DNA of 64,000 nucleotides, from NCBI GenBank assembly GCA_044227625.1, contig JBGAWL010000001.1, forward strand, positions 6,735 through 70,734. Reading direction: 5' to 3'. Under the pieces are notes generated by a model. The model was not told the DNA's origin. It made no database searches and saw only the letters and a program-made list of their open reading frames with translations. How positions within the stretch are numbered: position 1 is the first letter of the stretch; every line of letters starts with the position of its first letter. This document shows, piece after piece, positions 45,908 through 55,458 of the stretch. The position numbers and the translations under genes were made by a program. Source of the stretch: Candidatus Saccharimonadales bacterium. Lineage in GTDB: Bacteria; Patescibacteriota; Saccharimonadia; Saccharimonadales; UBA4665.

Positions 45908-46876
45908 ATGATGGGGGGACGAAATACACCAGAATATTACTCGGTTATACCTGCGGTGCGGCACAACCAGGGTCGAAGTTTTGGCAGGCCCATTCTAGTT
46001 GGCCTTATTGGAGGGGGTATCGCTATTGCGTACAGCATGTACAATACTCCCGGTGACGTGCTACCTCACGCCCCGGTGCCTCCTGTCTCCTCGGGCCAAA
46101 ATACTAGCATAACACCAACAGCCAATGCTACCACACAAGGGTCAAAAAAAAGACTTGTGGTTCTTATTGACCCCGGACACGGCACGCCGCCAGCAGGAAC
46201 AGAAGATGTTCGAGACCCAAAAACCGGCTATAAAATGGCTGACTACAAAAATACTCCCGAAACGAAAGAAGTTTACGATGTTTCTCTGCTTGTAAAAAAG
46301 ATGCTCGAAAGCTCCTACGATGTTCGTTTAACAAAGCAGCACGTCAATGAAGGGCCAAGCCTGCGGAAACGAGCAGAAATTGCAAATGTACTCCGTCCCG
46401 CCATCATGGTAATAATACATACCGACCACACACAACCAGACACCATGCAATGGGTTACACCGCAAAAAGTCGGCAATTATCGAGGAATTGAATCAGTTGC
46501 CGACGGAACACACCGATTTACCTTTACCAATAAAGAAACGGCATGCATAAGCGCCGCTTACGCAGAAAAAATTGTTAACGCACGAACCAATGCTAGTGGC
46601 ATACAAGCCCAGTTACATGATTTGAATTTTACCAATAAGCGTGAGGATGGTAGCGTAATCAACAATATTAAACGCGCCCCAGGTAATATCAGTTGGATAC
46701 AACTCCTCGGTACTGAAGTTCCCGCCATATACAATGAATACGGTGGGAAAAACGGTGACGACAGTACCATCGAACTCACTCAAGAACAAAAATTAGGGTA
46801 TGCAACCGGTATCGCCAAAGGTGTCATAGCTGCCTTGACCGATAGAGACGCAATTATTCAAGGCTGCCAGCAATAG
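45908..46876 (+). CDS. N-acetylmuramoyl-L-alanine amidase (Amidase_3-like), membrane anchored
   Basis: TM helix followed by LVVLIDPGHGTPPAG...EVYDVSLLVKKMLE..YDVRLTK...LRKRAEIAN..AIMVIIHTD, which fits the Amidase_3 pattern. I chose the start at MMGGRN; the ORF is open from 45773. Confidence 0.7.
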   Translation: MMGGRNTPEYYSVIPAVRHNQGRSFGRPILVGLIGGGIAIAYSMYNTPGDVLPHAPVPPVSSGQNTSITPTANATTQGSKKRLVVLIDPGHGTPPAGTEDVRDPKTGYKMADYKNTPETKEVYDVSLLVKKMLESSYDVRLTKQHVNEGPSLRKRAEIANVLRPAIMVIIHTDHTQPDTMQWVTPQKVGNYRGIESVADGTHRFTFTNKETACISAAYAEKIVNARTNASGIQAQLHDLNFTNKREDGSVINNIKRAPGNISWIQLLGTEVPAIYNEYGGKNGDDSTIELTQEQKLGYATGIAKGVIAALTDRDAIIQGCQQ

Positions 46877-47125
46877 CACGTCTATACTTTAGCCCTAGCC
46901 AATTTTTCTAGGCTGGATGCTTTAGCTATTACTGCCCCGCGAATCTCTTACCTGAAAATTGACGAGTTTCGTTCATTTTACCTGCACGTCGCTGCGTCGG
47001 CACGACACGTAAAGAAGGACCTTTGTCGAGCTATGCCTTCAAAGACGTGGCGATGGGTGAGAATAGCCTATGGCTATTCGCAAGATAATCTTCCGATAAA
47101 AGGTTTAATTGTAATCATGCACGAG

Positions 47126-47342
47126 TTTCGCACTCGCCCAGTCTGCTCAGCTACAGAGCATCTGACACCGCTGAATTCTCTCCCCACCCAAAGAATCATT
47201 TCAATTCTTTCAATTCCTTGGAGACGCCGGTTTAACTCCTGCACATTTTTCCTTTTCCAGTACTTACTTCACCGTACTCTAAGCACGGTTCGTGTCGTGA
47301 CCAACGGAGAAAATGCACCTGGGTTTAAAGGACGAAATTTGT
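47126..47342. repeat. Left copy of a ~217-bp inverted repeat (IR-L)
   Basis: It is the reverse complement of 55055-55270. By hand alignment I found three substitutions and one single-base indel. It lies in a 557-bp non-coding gap between convergent genes. Confidence 0.95.
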
Positions 47343-47433
47343 GTCATGGAGTTAGGGGGGCCGTAGAATGCAGTCGCCGGATGTGACGAGCTCGCCCATA
47401 TAGAATTGGGTTTACATTGAGCGGGGTTGTTGA

Positions 47434-48759
47434 CTATCTTTTGCTTGCAGTTAGCGCACGCTTGTAGCCAGCGGCAACGGCATCATTAATGGCAACGATG
47501 GCCGTACGATACCTTGTGAGAACATTATTCTTTTCTTTGCCGTCGACTTGCTGACTAAGACTGTCATTGGTCAAAACCACAACCCACATACCAGTTACTG
47601 GATCGACCTCAAAACTTGTTCCGCTCCAACCTGTGTGCCCAAATGCAGATTCGCTCATCTGCTTGCTATATGCGTTCCCGATATTAATACGAAATCCTAA
47701 CCCATAGGTACTGCCAGGACGTGGTGTTGCCATCTCTGCAACCTGTTCGGGCGTTAGAATTTGCTGACCATTCACATTGCCCTTGTTCGCAAGCATAGCT
47801 GCAAACTTGCCCAAATCTTCTGCTGTAGCAAATAGGCCGGCATGCCCCGATACACCATCTTGGATGCGGGCAAGCCGGTCTTGAGGAACGCAGGTAAGTA
47901 TTTCTTTTTGATCTGCATCAGGTGAAGTTGGAGCACACGTTCTGCTTGATGCGGGCGGATTGAACATCGTGTTCTGCATACCAAGCGGAGAGAGTATGGT
48001 TCCATCCATCACAACCTCAAATGGTTGCCCCGTAGCGCCACTTGCGGCCATGCCTAAAAGAGCATAGCCAAAATTTGAATAGCGGTGCTTCCCGGGCGAT
48101 AAGGTAGGAGCCTGCGCCAGCAGATTCTTCTGAGCTTGTTGTTTTGAAGTTGCACCGTCCATAACCGGCCCGTAGCCCGTTTCGTCTTCAGACGGAAGTC
48201 CGCTCGTATGGGATTGGAGCTGGTCCACAGTCACTCCAGATTTAGTGCCGCCCGTATAGGCTGGGAGGTATGTAGAAACCAGTTTCTTACGATCCACCTT
48301 ACCCAATGTCTCTAGTCTCATGAATGTCGCACTGGTGATTGGCTTCTGTACTGATGCTAAATCGTACAACGTCTCGCCTGCCTTTACAGCTTTGCCGCCG
48401 CCAAAACGGGTAGTGCCCGCACCAACAATAACCAAACGCCGTTCGCCGCAGCCGGCTACGACGGTCGCTCCAGGAGCGGTGTGATTTTTCAAAATTTGAC
48501 TCGAAATGATACCAAGAATGTCTTTGGCCATCTGATTTGCCAAGTCAGGATTATCCTTAGACCATGCCTCACAGAGCCCTGTGGGCGCTGGTGCCGCCGT
48601 AGCATTACCATTACCAAGCGCAGACCAGGGAACCCCACCATCGCCTTCTCCTCCGTTGATGACTTTTGTGGTACAGCCCGCCATGGCTACCGCGCCGAAG
48701 ACAGCGGCGCCAATAACCACAATACGACCAAAAGTTGACTCTCCTGCTATTCGGTTCAT
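47434..48759 (-). CDS. Serine hydrolase, beta-lactamase/DD-peptidase family (AmpC-like), lipoprotein
   Basis: Lipobox AMAGC, SxxK (SVQK), YxN (YSN) and HTG in place of KTG. The pattern fits PF00144. Confidence 0.8.
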   Translation of the reverse strand: MNRIAGESTFGRIVVIGAAVFGAVAMAGCTTKVINGGEGDGGVPWSALGNGNATAAPAPTGLCEAWSKDNPDLANQMAKDILGIISSQILKNHTAPGATVVAGCGERRLVIVGAGTTRFGGGKAVKAGETLYDLASVQKPITSATFMRLETLGKVDRKKLVSTYLPAYTGGTKSGVTVDQLQSHTSGLPSEDETGYGPVMDGATSKQQAQKNLLAQAPTLSPGKHRYSNFGYALLGMAASGATGQPFEVVMDGTILSPLGMQNTMFNPPASSRTCAPTSPDADQKEILTCVPQDRLARIQDGVSGHAGLFATAEDLGKFAAMLANKGNVNGQQILTPEQVAEMATPRPGSTYGLGFRINIGNAYSKQMSESAFGHTGWSGTSFEVDPVTGMWVVVLTNDSLSQQVDGKEKNNVLTRYRTAIVAINDAVAAGYKRALTASKR

Positions 48760-48793
48760 ATTATTTGATCTTTTTTATACCATCCTATGACTA

Positions 48794-50281
48794 CTAATCG
48801 ATGACGAGTTCTGCGTCAACAATTTCTTTATCGGTATCATTTGGCACAATTGGCGCACCCAGCAACTGCTCTGCTTGCTTACCGAGTACCGCTGTGTCGG
48901 CCAGCCAACTAACTGCACGAGGCAGATCCTGACGTTGAATCGTTACTGTTTGTACAACCGTACCAGCCGCATCCACATAGCCTTGCGCTTGGTCAGTACC
49001 ACTATTTAACAGCGCAATTATGCTATCATTATCTGTTCCGCGGCGTAGTGGTACTGCGGTAACTTCAAATAGTCCCTGCTTGGTTGGGTCAGGTTCTGCG
49101 CCTGGCCGCAAAATAGGAGTCTGGAGATAGGCCATATTTAGCCCCACTACCAAAACTCTGTCTTTGTCGGTTTGATCAGGAAGGCGAACAACGGTATGGT
49201 GAAGTGCCGTGTTCACGTTGCCTTCAGGACGAGTAAGTTCAACACCATAATCCGCCCTGCCCTGCACCAATCCACCTGTGCGGTCTGTTTCGCCCTGTAT
49301 AATTTGTGAGGCAGCGTGAGCATCGACGTAACAGGTTGCCGTTTCTGACGTCTCACCGTCTGTAACTAATTGCATAACCTCGAGTTTCAGCCCCAGCTTG
49401 GTTGCCGTCGGCGTATTATTCAGATTATCCACCGCAAGCCGAACAGCTTGCACTTGGCTGACCCCCCCGTATAAGGTGGCCTCTACACCAGCCTGTACGG
49501 CTCTTTCTTTCAGCAAACGCATTGCTTCATTAATCGCATGCTGGAACGCGTTAGGCCTATCCTCTTGGTGCTTGACAGTCACGCCACGAACATCGTTGTT
49601 AAAATTTGTAGAAAAATACCCTTCCGCAAGCAGAGCTGCCCTCCTGGGTAAGTATGGCCCTACAGGACTGTGCTGAATCTGCCAATTCATCACATCAATA
49701 ACAGTTCGTCCAGCACCAGCCGCGGCATGCCGTCTCCAAACCTCAGGATCGGCCACAGGTACACCATCGAATTTTCCGTCTGCTGCACGACGCCGTCGTT
49801 GGCTTCGAGTCAGTCCATCACTTACACCATCTGTGCTACTCGTCTCAGCAGCGCCAATGACTGCGAGGGCATTACCAGTAGATTTGGGTGGTTCTAGCAC
49901 CTCCATAACGCCATTTCCTGAGCCTTCTCTCAAAGCGTCTCGAAAGGCGCTGACAGCGTTTCCCAAAGTGGCAGCTATCCTAACCAAACGTGGTTCATTA
50001 TCACCGGAATGGCGTGCACTGCGAGTCTGAGGCGACGAGCCTTCTCCAAATACGGTAAGGCCGGCCGTATCACCACCGCCTAGCTCCTGCTGAAGCTCTG
50101 TCGTACCCTGAGCTGGGTCAGCAAGACCAGCTTCACCATCACTGGGCGGGCCTGCCTTGCGAGAACCACTATCACTCCTTTGATTCCCCGTTGACGTATA
50201 TTCCCCACCCACACCCAATCCTAACGCATCTCCGCCTAATACCAGTCCCGGACGCCGATCACCACCGTTTAGAATCGCCAT
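48794..50281 (-). CDS. Hypothetical protein (ORFan); Gly-rich, probably disordered N-terminal third
   Basis: 495 aa with strong SD AGGAGGA. No signal peptide and no motif I recognise. Confidence 0.6.
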   Translation of the reverse strand: MAILNGGDRRPGLVLGGDALGLGVGGEYTSTGNQRSDSGSRKAGPPSDGEAGLADPAQGTTELQQELGGGDTAGLTVFGEGSSPQTRSARHSGDNEPRLVRIAATLGNAVSAFRDALREGSGNGVMEVLEPPKSTGNALAVIGAAETSSTDGVSDGLTRSQRRRRAADGKFDGVPVADPEVWRRHAAAGAGRTVIDVMNWQIQHSPVGPYLPRRAALLAEGYFSTNFNNDVRGVTVKHQEDRPNAFQHAINEAMRLLKERAVQAGVEATLYGGVSQVQAVRLAVDNLNNTPTATKLGLKLEVMQLVTDGETSETATCYVDAHAASQIIQGETDRTGGLVQGRADYGVELTRPEGNVNTALHHTVVRLPDQTDKDRVLVVGLNMAYLQTPILRPGAEPDPTKQGLFEVTAVPLRRGTDNDSIIALLNSGTDQAQGYVDAAGTVVQTVTIQRQDLPRAVSWLADTAVLGKQAEQLLGAPIVPNDTDKEIVDAELVID

Positions 50282-50854
50282 AACCTTCCTCCTATTTCGT
50301 TACGCCTTGCAGAGTTTATTCACTCAATTACTCTAGATAATCATATGGTAGTTCCAATGTCAAATAAATTGTGCATTCCCGTAACCACAGATACGCCCCC
50401 GTTCCTCTGCCCTTCAGCAAGCGCAGTTTTTTTCACTGACCGACGATGTCAGATACTCCCGGTCTGAAAAGTTTCGCCGAAGCAAAGTCGTACCCATCAC
50501 GAAGATACCCAGCCCACGGCCCCATCTCTAGCTCACTGGCCAGAGCGTTTGCAAAGCGCCGACTTACTTTCAACACGTGTGCGTTCAACCCATGTTGGAC
50601 GTAATTAGTATGTGATGGTAATGATGAAAAAAATGTCTTTTTTAAAAATACTATTGCATTCTGGAAAAAAAAGTAGGAGACTATGTTTATAGCGTGTACT
50701 TCGTGTCGCCTATAGGGTGTCTAGGGGGGTCTTGGCTTACCGTAAAGTCGCAGTGAGTGCTTGACGGTCACAGCTCCAGACACCGGATAGCTCATGTCTA
50801 CCTAGAGTACCGTGTATTGCGCGTAAAATTAGTTATATAGGTATAGATTTCACC

Positions 50855-52798
50855 ATGGCAAGAACTCAAGCGGAATCATTAACCATAGCCGGCGTGTCTT
50901 TGGCGCCGACTGACCAACCATCAGCACACGAGCAGGCAGATAGTCCGCTACCTCTGGCAACGTTTCTAGACCTACATCCAGGTGCGCGGCGTAGTCGTAT
51001 TATCGGCTATACTGCACTTGCTGAGCACTGGGATGGCCACAGATTTATGCCGGCGGCTGCTGAGCATCTTGTCAGAGACAGTCAGGGCGCTCCGCTCCAT
51101 CTAGGGCTTAGCGGTACTATGGCACGGCTCACAGTACCCAGGAGCGTGCAAAAGGAGGGGCTCACTCCGGAAACCAATGTATGGTCATTTGTACACGGTG
51201 ACTGGGGGCCAGGGCGTATATACATGGCGGCCGAGGGTTTACGCGCTCAGGGAGCAAATAGGCCTGACATCTTCAGCGGGATGGGCGGCATATATGCTAT
51301 TTTTGCTCGAGTTCGCGCATCCTCACGGTATCGGGATGGCGAGCAACCAGACTGGATGCTTACAGACGTACAAACAACAAACGACCCCTTCCCGTACGAC
51401 ACCTTTGTCGATGACCGAGCGAGTGGAGGTAGACACAGCGAATTTATGAATGGAATGCTGGGCAACGAGGTAAGCCGATTTGTCGAAAAGAACGGCGGTC
51501 GGCGCGCTGTTAATCGCATGCTCGACGGCGTTATCCAATTTGGCGGCGAGCTCCATGCTCGTCTCTCGGATATACCGAATGGGAAAAAAGGCGTTTCTCT
51601 AGAGAACATTATGTCAGAAGCTTTGCGGGGCAGTCCGGAAAAAGTAAAGGATTTCGTCAACGCCTACATAACGTATAACTCTCCGGGCGGTGAAAAAAAT
51701 CCATTTTCTCTCCGAATATTTTCCCGAGCTTGCCATATTCTGGAAGATGCAGAGAAAACCGCAGACGGGAAGAAAGGTGGCCGCTACTATATACACACCT
51801 TGAGGGATCATGTCCGTCGTGAAGTGTTACAGGCATTCCTGCACGCCCAGGCTATTGTACTCATAAATAGAGAATTAAACGCCCGCGCTGCTAGTGCGGG
51901 ACACGCGTTTATTACCCCTTTCCCGTTTAGCGTGACAATACGCGACTCTTACGACGCAGAATTCGCACAACTGCTTGAATGTATCGACACCGGTGATTAC
52001 ACCGATGCGGCGCAAGCTACTGCCAAGAAGTTCGGGGGTGACGTCGCATACCACGGACATTTGAGCGTATTCTCGCACGACAAAAACGCACACCCGCTAA
52101 TGGTTACACAAACTCTCAAGCCAAATGAACAAGGACAGAGCGTCGGCCAGTTTAGTTATGAGGGTAACACATATCCGGTCCAGCACGGGGGCATAACAGC
52201 ACGCGACATTATACGGTCACTATTTGTGAGAACTGGAGCGCCGCTTATAGACGGGGTTGTGGCGCGGTGGCAAACTCCTACTGTACACCGCGGAAGCACT
52301 GCCCATGAGGGCACAGAGTGTTTAGCCGTCGATTTAACCAAAGCACCTGCCAAGATTCTTCGGTGTATTGCAAGCGCAGGCGGGCTCACGGGGGGTCAAC
52401 GAGCCTATTCTGAAAGAATGTTACTGAGCGACATTATGGCCATGCCAACGCCCGGAGATAAGTACCACATAGCCGTTGAGACATGTGCCACCGGACCGAT
52501 GGTGCGTGCGGTCATTCATGAGGGTTCAGGCATGCAATGGGTGGAGTCTGGAGGTACCATCGTCGTTTTACCAGCTACGATTGTCAATGCAAAACAGCTA
52601 ACTGGCCAAAGATTAGGCCGGGACGAGAGAAAGACTCTCAGGGACAGCTACGCAGTTGCCAATGTTGCCACAAAGAAAGGGCCCATCACTGGAAAGGTTA
52701 TAGCCGGAGCGGCTCTACACGGTGGCGTACTCCACATGAGCGCCTCAGACAGGGCAACCGTAGAGGTAATGCCAAATAGGTTTATGAAAAATGAATAA
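50855..52798 (+). CDS. Hypothetical protein (ORFan), large and predicted cytoplasmic
   Basis: 647-aa uninterrupted ORF with no signal peptide, no TM helix, no nucleotide-binding or catalytic motif recognised, and no SD. TATAGA lies 7 nt upstream of the ATG. Confidence 0.6.
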   Translation: MARTQAESLTIAGVSLAPTDQPSAHEQADSPLPLATFLDLHPGARRSRIIGYTALAEHWDGHRFMPAAAEHLVRDSQGAPLHLGLSGTMARLTVPRSVQKEGLTPETNVWSFVHGDWGPGRIYMAAEGLRAQGANRPDIFSGMGGIYAIFARVRASSRYRDGEQPDWMLTDVQTTNDPFPYDTFVDDRASGGRHSEFMNGMLGNEVSRFVEKNGGRRAVNRMLDGVIQFGGELHARLSDIPNGKKGVSLENIMSEALRGSPEKVKDFVNAYITYNSPGGEKNPFSLRIFSRACHILEDAEKTADGKKGGRYYIHTLRDHVRREVLQAFLHAQAIVLINRELNARAASAGHAFITPFPFSVTIRDSYDAEFAQLLECIDTGDYTDAAQATAKKFGGDVAYHGHLSVFSHDKNAHPLMVTQTLKPNEQGQSVGQFSYEGNTYPVQHGGITARDIIRSLFVRTGAPLIDGVVARWQTPTVHRGSTAHEGTECLAVDLTKAPAKILRCIASAGGLTGGQRAYSERMLLSDIMAMPTPGDKYHIAVETCATGPMVRAVIHEGSGMQWVESGGTIVVLPATIVNAKQLTGQRLGRDERKTLRDSYAVANVATKKGPITGKVIAGAALHGGVLHMSASDRATVEVMPNRFMKNE

Positions 52799-52816
52799 TA
52801 GGTACATGTACGACCA

Positions 52817-54010
52817 GTGGGGGCTATTCATATGAGGGCTGAGGCACAACCTGTTAGCTCAGGTGCTGGCGAAGTGAGTAGTGTTACCCCGACCAATACA
52901 CAAACTCTAGTTGTAGGTCTTGGAGACGGCAGCACTCATGCTCAGCTGACATATTTAGGCAGAGATGCCGTAGTTGAGGTACCCTTCGACACTTTGCTAT
53001 ACCCTAACGCAACAAATCCCAGCAGTACCACTACATGTATCATGCCGACATTTGCTCACCCACAGTTACCGGTCGAGTTTACTTCACCGCCAACTGATTT
53101 GTCCGCCATGGGTCAAGTTGCCTCCGGAAAGCACCCTGTTATCAGCCCTGGGGTACCTGGCGCTGACAAACTTTATGCCACCCCAGTAAGTCAACTAACT
53201 ACTGAAGATCTTGGCGAGCTTATTATGGCTTCGACTGGGCGTATACCTTCAGCTATTACCTTTGAGGATTTACTTGCAGTGCAAGCTTCTGGAGCGGTCT
53301 CGTTCCACGTGGACCCTGAAGATCCCGTAAAAGAAGCGACTCTGGTTGGGTTCCCTGCCACTAAAGGCCCTGCCGTGGTGGCTATAGCGCTGCTACAAAA
53401 CGACGAGCAAAGAACGCAGGCGCTTCGTGTTGTACCTCTTGCGCAAGCGTCGTCGACTGAGACAGCTCCCCTTCCGGACACTGCGGGGGTCGTACGGTAC
53501 TTAGGTACGCTCGTCATCGCTGCAGCGCCGCCTTCGCCAGACACGGACAAAGAGAATTCTACAATGCTTGTATGCGGACCAGACGTTCATCTTCTCGGTG
53601 ACCAGCGCACCGTTGCGCAGCAACATGGCATGTTCGTCTTGACCGGACTAACACCCGAAGCAGCAGCTGCCTACGGTACCCCTCTGTTTACGCAAAAATA
53701 TGAACATCCACCTGTAGACCTCGAGCGCATAGACCCTTCACTGGTTGACCCAGTACGAGAGTGGCTCAACCTACCAACACTAAGTATAGCCACGGCCAAG
53801 ACATTGCCTAACAGGGAAAGTCATACGGAGTCTATGCCTCCTGGTCGGCTGCCAGGTGATACCCCGGCGGGTACGCCCAACGGTGGCGTAGCAACCAAAA
53901 ACGAGCCAGCTGATAGGCTTACGGAGCTGTTATTGGGCGATGATTATGCTAAGCAAGAAGCACCCTGTTTGACTGTACAGCCTGGCAGACGAGGAAATAG
54001 ACATGTATGA
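52817..54010 (+). CDS. Hypothetical protein (ORFan)
   Basis: 397-aa ORF 18 nt after the previous stop. The start may be ATG at 52832. No motif recognised. Confidence 0.55.
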   Translation: MGAIHMRAEAQPVSSGAGEVSSVTPTNTQTLVVGLGDGSTHAQLTYLGRDAVVEVPFDTLLYPNATNPSSTTTCIMPTFAHPQLPVEFTSPPTDLSAMGQVASGKHPVISPGVPGADKLYATPVSQLTTEDLGELIMASTGRIPSAITFEDLLAVQASGAVSFHVDPEDPVKEATLVGFPATKGPAVVAIALLQNDEQRTQALRVVPLAQASSTETAPLPDTAGVVRYLGTLVIAAAPPSPDTDKENSTMLVCGPDVHLLGDQRTVAQQHGMFVLTGLTPEAAAAYGTPLFTQKYEHPPVDLERIDPSLVDPVREWLNLPTLSIATAKTLPNRESHTESMPPGRLPGDTPAGTPNGGVATKNEPADRLTELLLGDDYAKQEAPCLTVQPGRRGNRHV

Positions 54011-54087
54011 CCTATCCTTATACCAGAAGATGAAATACGGCCTTTTGGCCAGAAGACGTAACTGCGAAAGAGCAAAGGAGATATAGT

Positions 54088-54957
54088 ATGCCGACACCAA
54101 GAGGAAAGACAGCGCCAGCGATAGTAGCCCCACCCAAACGTGGCCAAAGGGTTGGATATCAGGATGCCCACGTACAGGGAAGCGGCGATGCGAGTACCGC
54201 ATTTGGAGATGGCACATTTGATACACAGGTATCACCAAAAGATTTTCGGAAGCGATATGGTGCCCTGCCTCTAGGGTTTATGTTGCATAAGCTCTTTGTT
54301 TATCCATATAAGGCAGTAGTACAACGAGAAGGCTTGCGTGCCGATAGTGCGTACAATGCCGGATTGCGCAATACGCAGATTAACATTACCCACACGGGCC
54401 GCTTGCTTAGCTTATTGGTTCTCGGATCGGATGCAAGGCTTACCTATAAGCGAAATGGGCTTCGGCACCAACGACTGCGCAGCACCACGACAGCAGTAGC
54501 CTTGGTGGTTGCAGCGGGCGTCGGGCTGAACATCAATAGCGCAGTCCAAGCAGGCGGAAAACAGGGTTCAGAGGGCATACCGGCAAACATCCTCCCCGGT
54601 GGAAACTCTCAGGGCGGCGTCATTGGTGTTGATGGTGTCTCCCCCAAGAAACAGACCCGCAAGACAATCTTCGAACTGTCTGGGGGTAAAATTAGCTGTG
54701 CGTCTACAATTGCCCTTGGTGTCGAAGAGGCTGATGTAGCCACACCCGATACTTCACCATTACTGACTAAGATGTCAGCCGTAGCAAATGAACCATTCAC
54801 ACAACTAACCCAACGCCAACAGGCCGGATTTCTTTCGCAGGTATTGAGCGATGAAACCCTAAATCCAAACGCATTTGCTACTGCTATTACAAACCCGCCA
54901 AGTCTTGCAGGAAACAGTATTTTGGTACCTTCCGACTGTACCGGTCTCGGGCTATAG
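54088..54957 (+). CDS. Hypothetical single-pass membrane protein (ORFan)
   Basis: 289 aa with strong SD AAGGAG, a basic N-terminal region, and one TM helix (TTTAVALVVAAGVGLNI). Confidence 0.55.
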   Translation: MPTPRGKTAPAIVAPPKRGQRVGYQDAHVQGSGDASTAFGDGTFDTQVSPKDFRKRYGALPLGFMLHKLFVYPYKAVVQREGLRADSAYNAGLRNTQINITHTGRLLSLLVLGSDARLTYKRNGLRHQRLRSTTTAVALVVAAGVGLNINSAVQAGGKQGSEGIPANILPGGNSQGGVIGVDGVSPKKQTRKTIFELSGGKISCASTIALGVEEADVATPDTSPLLTKMSAVANEPFTQLTQRQQAGFLSQVLSDETLNPNAFATAITNPPSLAGNSILVPSDCTGLGL

Positions 54958-55054
54958 CGAGGGGGCCTTTCGTCAACTCTTACGAGCAAGCCCAAACTCA
55001 ACAATAATATATCTGGTTATCGGGGCGCTTGCCCCTCTGGGGCAGGCGCATTCT

Positions 55055-55270
55055 CACAAATTTCGCCCTTTAAACCCAGGTGCATTTTCTCCGTTGGTCA
55101 CGACACGAACCGTGCTTAGAGTACGGTGAAGTAAGTACTGGAAAAGGAAAAATGTGCAGGAGTTAAACCGGCGTCTCCAAGGAATTGAAAGAATTGAAAT
55201 GATTCTTTGGTGGGGAGAGAATTCAGTGGTGTCAGATGCTCTGTAGCTGAGCAGGCTGGGCGAGTGCGAA
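55055..55270. repeat. Right copy of the ~217-bp inverted repeat (IR-R)
   Basis: It is the reverse complement of 47126-47342. It lies in a 501-bp non-coding gap between convergent genes. Confidence 0.95.
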
Positions 55271-55458
55271 GCTCGCGATTCTCTTACTCCGACTTCGGCA
55301 CACTATCAACGCAGTTGATGATCTACAGATAGTAGTTGAGATGATTCATCGACCCATCTCGCCAACCGCCACGCGTTTAAAAACAGGTTTCAAGAATGGG
55401 CTTCCGAGAATGGTTACCGTTTAGGTTGGGGTAGTTCGCCCCGCGCTTCATCATTATC

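Noticed and set aside
47033-47386. 117-aa ORF covering IR-L (and the partial ORF 54875-55129 entering IR-R)
   Set aside because: The two repeat copies differ by a 1-nt indel inside this frame, so the reading frame is not preserved between copies. The sequence is not protein-like and has no SD. I treat the region as non-coding.
47126-55270. Diversity-generating retroelement (template/variable repeat pair) as an explanation for the repeats
   Set aside because: The repeats are inverted and intergenic rather than located in a target-gene 3' end. The few mismatches are not adenine-specific (T/C, G/A, A/G, one indel). No reverse transcriptase is present in the window.
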